Origin: a virus
DNA: 64,000 nt
Strand: one strand, 5' to 3'
IMG/VR virus record: IMGVR_UViG_3300044655_002046
Under the pieces are notes generated by a model. It was not told the DNA's origin. It did no database searches and saw only the letters and a program-made list of their open reading frames with translations. Both the position numbers and the translations under genes were made by a program. Of the stretch, positions 28,300-38,517 are shown in pieces. The number at the start of each line of letters is the position of its first letter. Positions within the stretch are counted from its first letter, which is position 1.

Positions 28300-30806
28300 T
28301 GCAGGCTCGAGACATAGGGTAATCTAGTTATGGTGCCGCTTACGATTATTTGTAATCTAATGCGTATGCGATTTCTGGCCAATGGTACATCATTATCACC
28401 CTGACGCACTAATACAGTGGGAGTAAGGCCAGACAATGTAGTCTCATTCTCAATGAGGGGTATATTACCATCTACCAGTGTAGTAGTAGGAGTAGGCATT
28501 TCAGTCCAGGTCTGGCCCCCATTGGAGCTGGCGCTGGCTACTAAACGACTACCCTGCGGTAGGAAGGCGCGGTATATAACCTTAACGTTAGTGTAGTCGC
28601 GCGTAGGATAATCTATGCTGATCCAGGTGGCCTTAGAACGGGCCCGCCCTATAATCAGCATACTCCTATTGAGGTAGATTATGGGTGTCGTACCTGTAGT
28701 GAATAGCACTAACCTCATCTCTAGATTATCTGGCAGTTCTGTAGCTCGCTCAGGTAAGGGCACTAGCTCCTGCCCCTCCTTATAAAAGGTAGAGAATGAG
28801 CCCCCCTGACCTAGGTTATAACTCCAGAGGCTATTAAGTTGTGTTAGGTCTATCTGAGTGTCCGCCTCAGGCGCCGGACTATAGGTGAAGTCTATGTAGC
28901 CTGTCGAACCTAGACTCCCTCCTATTAGCTGGTATGTTAGATCATCATTGACCTGTGGTTGCCAGCTACTACCACTGCGTGTCAGGAGGTAGCCAGGTAC
29001 GGTGGGTCCGCCTTGGTATCGGGATATAGCGGGCCGCGCGTTTGTATTGATATGCATAGAGCCCGGGCTAGTAGCGCTAATGACTACACAGTAATTACCT
29101 GCTACTAGGTTAATGGGCGGGTCGAAGGTCAATTCTACTGGTGTGTCAGGACTACCAGTCGTTACCTGCAGGCGGACCCGTCCTAGCTCCCTCTCCTCTG
29201 GTATATTATTGGGTGCTGCTACTAGACTCACCCAAGCGCTTATGGCCCCCGCAGGATATACGCGTATACCCGTTATAGTATTAGCTGTTGATAGAGTAAG
29301 TAACTGTGCCATGCCCTCCCTGACTTGCACTATAGCTGGTGCAGGGGCTCCAGTAGAACCGAACTCCAGGCACTGCCCTATTGTCCATCCATTTCCTATT
29401 GCTGTTATAGGTAGTGCTGCGCTACTAGAAGGGGCCGCTATATTCGCTACTAGTATGCCACTGGCATCAGCCCTATAGCGCCCGTCTTCTATGGAGCCTC
29501 GTGTTATTGTAGCCTGGGGAGTCCGCCCGTCTATCTGCAATACTATACCGCTCTCTAGAGATAACAGACCTTCTATAGTGATTGTGACTTGCACCGCCTC
29601 AGTGGCTATAGTGAGACGCCCTACCTGATACTCGATGCGCCTTGCATCGGGCGCTACTACTGGTGGGTTGAGTGTCATACGCACATCTCGTGTCTGGGCC
29701 GCTAGTCTTAGACTGCCTGTAGCGCGTCGTTGATCAATTATGAGACCAGGGGCGGGGCGCAGATACGCCGTCTGTAGACTCCCTCCAGACTCTGTTATGG
29801 TTACATTACTACTACCGCTTATGGTTAGGTTATCGGGCCTGATTGTGTTGTACGAAGTAGGTAATGTCATGTACCCCGTCATAGCACAGTCAAAGCCAGG
29901 AGCTGTGATGTCAGTCCCCAGTGTATTCTGGAAGGATTCTACAAAGCCGCTCTCTAGTATGCGCGGGGCCCCCGAGTAGAAGTTAAGTCGTTCTAGGGCT
30001 ATATCTATAGCCTCCTCTCGTAGTGTGTTTAGCTTAACCTGTAGATCTCGCAGTAGGCCGGGCTCTACCCATCTATTATCACTGGCTATTAGCTCACTAT
30101 TATGTATACGTGCTAGCGTGAGGGGCCCCGTGCCTATTCTCACTTCACCTCTCTTATCTATAACGACCTCACCACTAGTCACCATGGGTAGATAGACAGG
30201 CTCGTATAGATTCACTATCTTACCATCTATGAAGGCCCGGCCGGGCTGGACGGCCAGGCGCTGAATAGGTTGGTTCCGTGTTAGGTCTATCTCTACTGCA
30301 TTATCGAAGCGTAGGCCCAATACCTCTAGGCCGCGCTGGATGTAGTTGCCGTATACCTCCTTGTCTACTAACTCTATGGCCTCCTCGAGTGATGCTACTT
30401 TACTGCGCGGGGCTCGACTGAATCGCTTACCATCGTATACGAGTATCTGGCCCCCCGATATCTGCAGGAATGGGTAGCCATCCTGTCCTATTACTGGTTC
30501 AGGAAATAGGACACTGCGCCCCTCGTAGTCTACCCGGTATATGCGGAGTGTAACATTGGCGTTACCGGTTATAGTTAGTTGGGCTGGATTAATACGATAC
30601 CAGCCCTCCTCCTCTATATATATCAGACCACCTCGTACTGTTAGGTTGGGGGGCGCCCATATTATATCTACCTCCGCTAGGTAATAGACATCGTATAGAC
30701 TGCGGCTCATCTCCTCTACATGCAAGTGTAAGATATCCTGCATCTCTATGAGCTCTCGTGCCTGTAGGGGCCGGCCATTCGTGAATAGTAGCTTAGTTCG
30801 TTCCAT
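28284..30806 (-). CDS. DUF4815-like baseplate/tail protein (paralogue 1)
   Basis: N-terminal LF..GRPLQARELIEMQ and LAVQPGRAFIDG motifs. Confidence 0.65.
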   Translation of the reverse strand: MERTKLLFTNGRPLQARELIEMQDILHLHVEEMSRSLYDVYYLAEVDIIWAPPNLTVRGGLIYIEEEGWYRINPAQLTITGNANVTLRIYRVDYEGRSVLFPEPVIGQDGYPFLQISGGQILVYDGKRFSRAPRSKVASLEEAIELVDKEVYGNYIQRGLEVLGLRFDNAVEIDLTRNQPIQRLAVQPGRAFIDGKIVNLYEPVYLPMVTSGEVVIDKRGEVRIGTGPLTLARIHNSELIASDNRWVEPGLLRDLQVKLNTLREEAIDIALERLNFYSGAPRILESGFVESFQNTLGTDITAPGFDCAMTGYMTLPTSYNTIRPDNLTISGSSNVTITESGGSLQTAYLRPAPGLIIDQRRATGSLRLAAQTRDVRMTLNPPVVAPDARRIEYQVGRLTIATEAVQVTITIEGLLSLESGIVLQIDGRTPQATITRGSIEDGRYRADASGILVANIAAPSSSAALPITAIGNGWTIGQCLEFGSTGAPAPAIVQVREGMAQLLTLSTANTITGIRVYPAGAISAWVSLVAAPNNIPEERELGRVRLQVTTGSPDTPVELTFDPPINLVAGNYCVVISATSPGSMHINTNARPAISRYQGGPTVPGYLLTRSGSSWQPQVNDDLTYQLIGGSLGSTGYIDFTYSPAPEADTQIDLTQLNSLWSYNLGQGGSFSTFYKEGQELVPLPERATELPDNLEMRLVLFTTGTTPIIYLNRSMLIIGRARSKATWISIDYPTRDYTNVKVIYRAFLPQGSRLVASASSNGGQTWTEMPTPTTTLVDGNIPLIENETTLSGLTPTVLVRQGDNDVPLARNRIRIRLQIIVSGTITRLPYVSSLQCLTY

Positions 30807-33800
30807 ATACCACTACCTCCATTATAGATGGCACGTCTGTTGTCGAGATTCCAAATGCCTCTATAGACCACTTCAGCTCTCCACTACGCGGGCCGGGAGA
30901 TACATATACATAAGTTAGGCGAGATAGTCCTAGTCCTGCATCTAGTATGACTGTGGTTGGGTTGCTTAAGGTGTGCCAGCCCCCTGTGCTGAACTGTATC
31001 CTTACTTGTAGCGTACTCGATGGCGGCATTAGTGCTGTTATGGCTACTGTAAATCGTGTACTCGTCTGCAGGATAGGCTGCCAGTTAGATATATGCTGCG
31101 TGGGTGACAGGTTACGATAGAGGGATACTGTCCCTATTTCTATGATGGGAGTTAGGGCTGCCGTACCTGTGGATACTGCACGTAGAAGGAGTATAGATTC
31201 TACTCTATCTAGACATACAGGCGTATTGGGTGTTATGGATATCCAGTTAGTATTCACGCCCGTCTTGTACTGATAATCTATTGTGCAGCCTGCTGGTACT
31301 ATGTCTCGTACATTGAGGGCGAAGGCCGTCATACTGGAAGAGTAGCTACCTAGGTCTGTACTAATCGGAGTCGTCGGGAATACAGCGCGGTAGAGGCGCA
31401 TACTGATATCTTCTCTCTCGTGGTTAGAGATGATAGTACCATCACTGGACCAGAGATTACCATTTATGCCTAGCTGCTGTCCTATTAGTAGCCCCGCATC
31501 TAATATATCGGCCTCTCCTATCTCACTAGTGAATACGCTCCAGTCTCCCTCTGTACTGCGGAAGCCTAGTGTATAATACTGATCCTCCTTGAGATAGATG
31601 GGAGTAGGGAATACGTATTTAGTCCAGAGCCGCCCCTGTATGTCAGGCAATACGGCTCCACTGACAAGGGCCTCTCCTAGTAGTATCTGCCCTGGTGTAG
31701 TAGCTGTGCCATCCCGTAGTGATATAATTAGGGCCCCTGATGCCGGCGCCGATGCTATCCTTATATCAAGGCCGCTCAGGTACATATCAGAGGGTGCCTG
31801 AAATGTCTGCATCAGGGGGTCGAAGCCTACTCTCGGCATCAGGGGTAAGGGCTGAGTATCTATTGAGGATGATGGTAAACCCCAGGAGGCCGCCCCGCCT
31901 AGCGCTACGTGGGTCAGGTTATTATTGAATATCGATATCGTATTACTTACACTCAGTGTATCAGACTGTAGCACTACGGCATGGACACCGGGGGGCAGTG
32001 CGGGTAGGAATAGCTCGACCTCGAGTATGCCATTAGAGCGGGGCCGGAACGCGAATGGTAGGGTGCCCGATATTGGTGTGTTATTAATTGGTACTGCAGT
32101 AGTCATGATAGTATTAGCTATCAGTAGTTGATAACTGCCCTGGGGGAGCCCCTCTCCTCGTATAGTGTATCGTATGTTCTGGGCCCGCGCCTTATCTATC
32201 TCCTCGCTCCCCATTAGATTAGCGCCTATAGCTGGTATAGCCTCACCTGTTGATATGGCCTCTCGTACACGACGAGATAGCCGCGTGAACTCTGCTCTAT
32301 TCCCCTCATTGATAAATCGATAGAGGGGATTACTAGTGGAGCTGAATAGAGCAGCTCCTCGGATAGCCAGCTCGTCGCAAGGGTTAATTCGCCCTAGATC
32401 GCGATTAGCCATGACGACTCTACGGCAGAATAACCGCGGGGCTGTAGTCTGCTGTATACTCCGTTCTCCCGTCAGCTTAGTCTGCTCAAGGAAGATACTC
32501 TCTGTATAGGTAGGTACTACAATGTAAGGGTCTCCTGCGTTATTAGGTCTAGCCGAAGGAGCCGTTGCTCTGACATCACTGTATACTCTATTGGATGTCA
32601 GACTATTAGTTAGAGGCGAGAGCATACCTGTACTCTCCGTTAGGTTAATGCCGCTACTATCCACTAGGGCATCTATAGATGTAAAGTTGGGTACGGCCCC
32701 TGTGTTAGTGAAGGCCAGCCCCTCTGCTCTCGTTGTGAGTCGTAGTCTATCTATATCATCTGATAGTGATGATACGGCGCTGGCTAGTTGCCGTATACTA
32801 TCGTAATTGACAGGGCGGCAATCGATGGGCTCGATGATAGCGCTATTATTACTTATAAGCACACGAGCTAACGGTAATACTGAACCACTAACAGCAGGGG
32901 GCTGAGGGTTAACTCCTAGCTCACCGTATATAACAGCGGGCTGCCCCTCCTTATCTAGGGTCACTATAGCTATGCAGCTGAGGAAATAACTATAGTCTAC
33001 CTGGAATGTAGTATTAGGTGCGGGGCTCCGTGTACCAGTAAATACTATAGTGTCAGTAGCCGTCAGGAGATTGAAATCTACTCCTAGTGTTAATTGACTA
33101 GAGTACGTATACGTCACAAAGTAGGTAGTGCCAGGTGCCGGCTCTAGAGCTCCTGCGTCATTAGGGGACCACTCCAGTCTACCACCATCAAGAACCTGGA
33201 AATCCCGGCCCTCTGTGTAGTTAATAGAGCCCTGGAATACACGTTTCACACTAGATACAGTATCTCGTCCTAGGTAGTCACTAGTGCCAGATGTAGGCCC
33301 TCGCACTATAGCAGCCGTATTCTCCTGTAGCGTAGCTACTAGTCTCGTCACCTCCTTGACGGGTCGGCGAGTTAACTTAAACTCATTAGTATTAGCGGCA
33401 CCTCCAATGGGACCGCTGGGCACGTCAACGAGTAGTCTACTACTAGGAGCCCCTCCTGTGATAGTGATACCTATGGTGATGTTCACTAGGTTAGACGTGG
33501 TACCTATACCTATGGACTCCATGACGAGTGTCAGTTCATTACGGCGGAAGGCTATGGCATCTCGTAGTAGATTGCGGGCCGCATCCGTAGTAATGTTGGT
33601 ACCAGTAATAGTACTATTACTATCAGTACCAGTAGCTATACGAGCTATTATGTAGTCTATGAAGGTTTCTACTGAGGTGGCCGCTGAAGTATTAGCCGTC
33701 ACAGTTATAGTCGAGTTATTGATAGGAGCAAAGCTTATGCTTATGCGAGTGCCCTGCTCTACTACATTAGCCCATGTGGAGGTACCCTGCAGCGATATGG

Positions 33801-34872
33801 TGCGGTTGGCTATAGCAGTTATACCTGCATAAGTAAATGTAGCCGCTGTTACTACCTGACTATCTGTGGTACGCTGTAATGCTAGGTTTACTGGTGTATC
33901 TATAACTACTCTCCGCCCCACAACGTAGGCCACTCCAGGAGCCAGTGACATACCGAGTGAAGACTCTGATCTACGGCGAGCCTCCTCTAATTCTGCTAGC
34001 CCGCCTCGTGCTGCCGCCTGTCTCTCTCTATAGTTAGCCTCTAGTCTGGCTACCAGGGCCTCTTCTTCTACTACACGTGTCTCGAGATCAGCAAGTATAG
34101 TCAGGTTAGCGGGTGTGGGGCTGACACTACTTATATCCCGCGCGTCATCTAGCCGCAGTAGTAATCCATCTAGTCTACTCTTACTCTCTAGGTATAGGTT
34201 ACGTGACTCAGTGGCCCTCGCCTCTAGTGTAGAGTAGTTTTCATTGAGTGCCACTAGACTAGTATCAGCTAGAGTGCGGGGGCGATCCAGAAGCGCTAGG
34301 CTCAGGCCGCGCACGCAGAAGTTACCGTGTCTCTCAAATACTCTCTCGGCTAGTGTCTCCTCGATACCACCAGGTAGGTCCCTCGCTCTATTAATAGGTA
34401 TTCCATCGCGTATAGAGTAGAGGGGATACCCTCGCCCCGTAAGGACTATGCTGCTACTGACTACTAATCGAGATGCCCCCCGGGGCCCGTATTGATTACC
34501 GGCCCGCATGCTCTCATCCTCGAGTACGGTAGTAGTGACCTCGAGATAAAATGTAGTCTCTCCTTCCCGCGATACCTGAAAGCGCGCGGGTTCAGTCTTG
34601 ACTACCACGCCTGCGGCATATACGCGTCCCTCAGTTATCAGGATATCCATGGTCGTACCGTCATCACCTACAATGACTAACTCTACACCAGAGAGTATAG
34701 TACCATCTCTATAGAGCGTATCCATACCGGTCTGGAACTGGCCCTGCACTATTGATTGCATCTCTAGGAGGTCCTGCGCCACTAAGGGTTGGCCGTCCTC
34801 TGGTAGTACCTTCACCCAATTACTATCGAGGGTATAATTCTCAGGGTATTCTGCTCTTTGTAATATGGACAT
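30793..34872 (-). CDS. DUF4815-like baseplate/tail protein (paralogue 2) with coiled-coil insertion
   Basis: W.KVL..DGQPLVAQDLLEMQ, SLAPGVAYV.G and FDPLMQTFQ motifs; heptad coil at ~aa 205-300. Confidence 0.65.
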   Translation of the reverse strand: MSILQRAEYPENYTLDSNWVKVLPEDGQPLVAQDLLEMQSIVQGQFQTGMDTLYRDGTILSGVELVIVGDDGTTMDILITEGRVYAAGVVVKTEPARFQVSREGETTFYLEVTTTVLEDESMRAGNQYGPRGASRLVVSSSIVLTGRGYPLYSIRDGIPINRARDLPGGIEETLAERVFERHGNFCVRGLSLALLDRPRTLADTSLVALNENYSTLEARATESRNLYLESKSRLDGLLLRLDDARDISSVSPTPANLTILADLETRVVEEEALVARLEANYRERQAAARGGLAELEEARRRSESSLGMSLAPGVAYVVGRRVVIDTPVNLALQRTTDSQVVTAATFTYAGITAIANRTISLQGTSTWANVVEQGTRISISFAPINNSTITVTANTSAATSVETFIDYIIARIATGTDSNSTITGTNITTDAARNLLRDAIAFRRNELTLVMESIGIGTTSNLVNITIGITITGGAPSSRLLVDVPSGPIGGAANTNEFKLTRRPVKEVTRLVATLQENTAAIVRGPTSGTSDYLGRDTVSSVKRVFQGSINYTEGRDFQVLDGGRLEWSPNDAGALEPAPGTTYFVTYTYSSQLTLGVDFNLLTATDTIVFTGTRSPAPNTTFQVDYSYFLSCIAIVTLDKEGQPAVIYGELGVNPQPPAVSGSVLPLARVLISNNSAIIEPIDCRPVNYDSIRQLASAVSSLSDDIDRLRLTTRAEGLAFTNTGAVPNFTSIDALVDSSGINLTESTGMLSPLTNSLTSNRVYSDVRATAPSARPNNAGDPYIVVPTYTESIFLEQTKLTGERSIQQTTAPRLFCRRVVMANRDLGRINPCDELAIRGAALFSSTSNPLYRFINEGNRAEFTRLSRRVREAISTGEAIPAIGANLMGSEEIDKARAQNIRYTIRGEGLPQGSYQLLIANTIMTTAVPINNTPISGTLPFAFRPRSNGILEVELFLPALPPGVHAVVLQSDTLSVSNTISIFNNNLTHVALGGAASWGLPSSSIDTQPLPLMPRVGFDPLMQTFQAPSDMYLSGLDIRIASAPASGALIISLRDGTATTPGQILLGEALVSGAVLPDIQGRLWTKYVFPTPIYLKEDQYYTLGFRSTEGDWSVFTSEIGEADILDAGLLIGQQLGINGNLWSSDGTIISNHEREDISMRLYRAVFPTTPISTDLGSYSSSMTAFALNVRDIVPAGCTIDYQYKTGVNTNWISITPNTPVCLDRVESILLLRAVSTGTAALTPIIEIGTVSLYRNLSPTQHISNWQPILQTSTRFTVAITALMPPSSTLQVRIQFSTGGWHTLSNPTTVILDAGLGLSRLTYVYVSPGPRSGELKWSIEAFGISTTDVPSIMEVVVYGTN

Positions 34873-34875
34873 CGA

Positions 34876-35433
34876 TTAAATAGGTAATATGAATTTAACG
34901 CGCGTGCGGTCAGTAGGGGTAGCGTGAGTCACGGGAGTGAATAGGAGTGCCATCTGCGCAGGGCCCGTGTCGAGCCATTCGCCGGGTAGCCAGAAGTCAG
35001 CATTAGTATTCGCGCCTGTCTGTAATACTACATCAGTTAGCAGTGATGCAGAACGAAAGGCCCCGGGTACCTGCTCACCGGATACTATTGCCTCTACGTA
35101 TAACGCCTGGGGTAATAGGCTTAGGAGCGATGTAAGGTTAGCTCTATCATTAGGTATTATGTTCCAGCGCTGGTCCCCCTGTATAATATCACCGCCGCTC
35201 TCTACTCTATAGGCCAGTGATACTCGGTGAGGGCGCAATATAACCTGAGTGTTCAGGAATGCAGGGCCCTGCGGTATAGGTCTATCCGGCGGCTCATCTA
35301 TATTGAGTGGGTTATCGGGGGCCCATGTTGTATAGCGGCCTATTCCCACACGTAAGGGCAGTGTGTCTCTCATTTGTATCAGACGATATATCCGCCCTTC
35401 TGGTGTAGTCTTACTTATGATGGTAGTACTCAT
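34876..35433 (-). CDS. baseplate wedge subunit (T4 gp8-like)
   Basis: LRVGIGR.T.W...PP.RP pattern and position upstream of the DUF4815-like genes. Confidence 0.45.
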   Translation of the reverse strand: MSTTIISKTTPEGRIYRLIQMRDTLPLRVGIGRYTTWAPDNPLNIDEPPDRPIPQGPAFLNTQVILRPHRVSLAYRVESGGDIIQGDQRWNIIPNDRANLTSLLSLLPQALYVEAIVSGEQVPGAFRSASLLTDVVLQTGANTNADFWLPGEWLDTGPAQMALLFTPVTHATPTDRTRVKFILPI

Positions 35434-36446
35434 TATCTCACTATGGCGTCTTCTATTATGGCATTGACTATCTCGCGACTGGTTATACCAGCGCTAATCA
35501 ATGAGTTCTGACGAGGCCCGTCGTATGCTGTAGCCCCTATTCCCGTTATGTATACATTCTTTATTAGACGAAAGCCGGGCTTAACTAGTGGAAATCTAAC
35601 TAATATTGGATCAGCAGGATAATTCATTGGCCACGATGGGTAGAAGCCAGTCGCTAATACAATAGAATTCACACCTGGTATCTCTTTACTATTAGTTATG
35701 CGTGGCATCTCTTTGTAATTATACTGGGCTAGCTCATTGGCTATATAGGGTGTGATGCTGGGCCCCCAACTCTTAACACGAGATAGGTACTCAGCACGTT
35801 TACTTAATGGGAGGGTTCTATAGTATCCGCCCAGCGCTGTCTTATTATACCAGTGCGCGTAGGATGGGGCGGGGTAATTATCTATACGGTACCCCCCGTG
35901 ACTCCAGGTAACCTCATTGTTCTGCGCTAGGTACGCTACTGCCTCTGCCGCGCCCTGACCGCTACCTAGTACCAGGAGGCGCTTATTATGTGCTGGGTGC
36001 TTCAGGTAGTGGCTGAGCGCATGAGTATCGTAACCCACTGTCCAATCAGGCACGCGTTGCTCTCGTTGTCCTGTGGCTATAACCAGGGGACCCTCCTCCA
36101 GAGGGCCTATCTCTAGACCCATGCTCAGTGCTCGTTGTAAGGCCCACTGTAAGTAGCTCTCGAATACATCCCTGTTGCACCGTTCCTGCACTGCCTCTAT
36201 CTCACGCTGGCTCCCCAGTATACGCTCTCGTTGTAGGTAGTGACAGAGGCTGTAATCAGCACCCTCTATATTAGTACATAGGTCGAAGGAGATAGGACTC
36301 CTCATCTGTAGATTGGGTACTACTTCATCTTTAGACCAGCTGCTCAGGGGCGCGGAGTCCCATGCGCGTACAGCCAGACCTCGACTGAGAGCCTCTAGCG
36401 CTACTGATAGACCGCGCGGGCCTAGTCCCATTATGTTTACAATCAC
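35433..36446 (-). CDS. lysine/ornithine N-monooxygenase-like flavoprotein
   Basis: FAD-binding GLGPRG, MRSP motif, NADPH-binding VLGSGQGAAE and IVLATGF. Confidence 0.8.
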   Translation of the reverse strand: MIVNIMGLGPRGLSVALEALSRGLAVRAWDSAPLSSWSKDEVVPNLQMRSPISFDLCTNIEGADYSLCHYLQRERILGSQREIEAVQERCNRDVFESYLQWALQRALSMGLEIGPLEEGPLVIATGQREQRVPDWTVGYDTHALSHYLKHPAHNKRLLVLGSGQGAAEAVAYLAQNNEVTWSHGGYRIDNYPAPSYAHWYNKTALGGYYRTLPLSKRAEYLSRVKSWGPSITPYIANELAQYNYKEMPRITNSKEIPGVNSIVLATGFYPSWPMNYPADPILVRFPLVKPGFRLIKNVYITGIGATAYDGPRQNSLISAGITSREIVNAIIEDAIVR

Positions 36447-36521
36447 AAATTATAGCCCCCGTTGTACACCGGCGAGTTAACCCTACCATGCTATATACTA
36501 CGCCTGCCGTTAACCTGAATG

Positions 36522-38285
36522 TTAGGCAGCTTCCCAGAAGTACCAACCTACACCATCCCACGTAAACTCCGCCTGTATACTAGCGCTGCTATTACCCAAC
36601 GTCAATACAGTGGTGTTAGTATTGGGATCCTTAACTAGAATATTAAACGCGGGCGCCAGATTGAGTATACGGAAGCGTGTGCCCGCCGCAGGGTTGGGTG
36701 GCAGGAATACATCTCTATTCATACCGTTAGGGTCTAGGTGCTGTGTGCCCGCGCTAGATAGCGTGAGAATCAGTACACCAGTGAGAAGCTGTCTATTCAG
36801 TGATACCTGATTACTGGGATTAGCAGCGTTCCATCTACTAGTAGAGGCATTCCATGTTAGTACCTGGCCCTGCGTAGGGCTGGTGACAGCTACATCAGAT
36901 AGGCCCGCTAGAGTACCCCCACTCCCACTACCAGTGGCTCCCCAGCGCAGACCAGTGGTCGTTGTGCTATCAGCCAGTAGTGCTTGGCCATCGCTACCTA
37001 CGGGGAGCCGAACTAGTGTTGTGGCACTCTGTACTGCTAGATCCCCCTTAGCTACTGTGGGTAGTGGTAGGGGTGGCGCTGGTGTGACGGCTTCCCACTC
37101 GGTGCCTGTCCAGGTCAGCACATCGTTATCATTGGGATCTGGTGCATTAACATCAGTGATGTTATTAAGGGATAGGGCCGCCCGCCATCGTAATCCCGTT
37201 GCCGTTGAGGAGTCAGCTACTAGAAAGCTATTATTAGGCCCTACGCCTAGACGAGCATTAGTAGTACTATATGTATATAGATCGCCCTTAGTAGTAAGAG
37301 GACCACCACCGGTAACTGGTCTCCAGTTACTAGTTGCGCTATTCCACGCTAGGTACTGCCCATTAGTAGCTGGTGTATTGCTGACATCCAGTAGATCAGA
37401 TAATCTCGCCAGCTCGATACGCGCATCTACTCGAGCGCTTGTATAATAAAGGTTAGCCCCCTCAGGTAGATCAGTAGTAGTGGCTGGCCCCGCCCCTCCT
37501 GGCACCAGAGTAGTAGGTATCCAGTTACCACTCTGATATGCTAGAACCTGGCCATCAGTTACGCCTGCAGTATTAACATCATTGAGGTTATTGAGCATGG
37601 CTCTATCTAACCGTAGCCACTCAGTACCATTAGAATAATAGGCACCCCCCGCACCATTGACTGCAGCAAACATACCTCGGTAGGTATTAGCTGGTGGTAG
37701 ACCGCCTATATTAGCTATATTGGTGCTCCACCTAATAGTACCTGTAGTGTGGATGTTATTATCACCATCTATTAGATTATTGAGCGCAGTCTGTGTGTTA
37801 TTTACATCATCTAAATTATTGAGTGCCAGTAAATCCCCCCCACCAGATGCTGTAGCATTAACCCAGTTAGTACCATTCCATACCAGGCCCTGTCCTATAA
37901 CAGGAGTAGCTATAGTTACATCACTCAGCGCATTAATACCAGTGTTGTTTATATGCGTGCGTACCCAGGCAGTAGTGGCTAACCGCGTGTTATTGTCGCC
38001 AATAGGAGGTGTGGGAGCAGTGGGGGCCCCGGTTAGTGATGCGTTATTGATAGGGGCCCGCGCTGCCAGGCCGGGTACGGTAGGCGCTGTTGCTGTACCA
38101 CCTAAGTCACCGGTTAGCCTGATAGTACCTAGTACGCTGGCTGTAGAGGGCCCAGGTAATAGGGTACTCAGATTAATGCGGTATGGTGTTACTGTTCCAT
38201 TACGGATTAGTACTATTACCATTGAGTCCCCAGCTATTACGCTGGGGAGTAGTGGTAATGCTGGTGCAGTATCTTGAATAGTCAT
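36522..38285 (-). CDS. tail fibre protein
   Basis: Five L..L.DV......GQ.L.W....W repeats, two KGDL.....RL.VG.....L.ADS...TGLRW repeats and an LTGAPTAPTP...NNTRLATTAWV motif. Confidence 0.8.
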   Translation of the reverse strand: MTIQDTAPALPLLPSVIAGDSMVIVLIRNGTVTPYRINLSTLLPGPSTASVLGTIRLTGDLGGTATAPTVPGLAARAPINNASLTGAPTAPTPPIGDNNTRLATTAWVRTHINNTGINALSDVTIATPVIGQGLVWNGTNWVNATASGGGDLLALNNLDDVNNTQTALNNLIDGDNNIHTTGTIRWSTNIANIGGLPPANTYRGMFAAVNGAGGAYYSNGTEWLRLDRAMLNNLNDVNTAGVTDGQVLAYQSGNWIPTTLVPGGAGPATTTDLPEGANLYYTSARVDARIELARLSDLLDVSNTPATNGQYLAWNSATSNWRPVTGGGPLTTKGDLYTYSTTNARLGVGPNNSFLVADSSTATGLRWRAALSLNNITDVNAPDPNDNDVLTWTGTEWEAVTPAPPLPLPTVAKGDLAVQSATTLVRLPVGSDGQALLADSTTTTGLRWGATGSGSGGTLAGLSDVAVTSPTQGQVLTWNASTSRWNAANPSNQVSLNRQLLTGVLILTLSSAGTQHLDPNGMNRDVFLPPNPAAGTRFRILNLAPAFNILVKDPNTNTTVLTLGNSSASIQAEFTWDGVGWYFWEAA

Positions 38286-38517
38286 ATAATTTGCGCTGTA
38301 GTGTGAGGGTTAAATGTTGAGAGTCATATTAAATGCCTCTGGACTCTAACTTGTAGGATGGCCTTCTTCTCCTGCACTATATATTATAATATTAGGATAG
38401 CCCATATTTAACCATAACCCTGGCAGCAGCGGCCTGATAGGTAGCGCATACTCAACGGATTTAGTATTAACCCTCTTTACCACTTTATCGCCTTAACGCT
38501 CGATCGACACCACCACT

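Noticed and set aside
36522-38285. Diversity-generating retroelement acting on the tail fibre tip
   Set aside because: No reverse transcriptase and no template/variable repeat pair differing at adenines was seen in the window.
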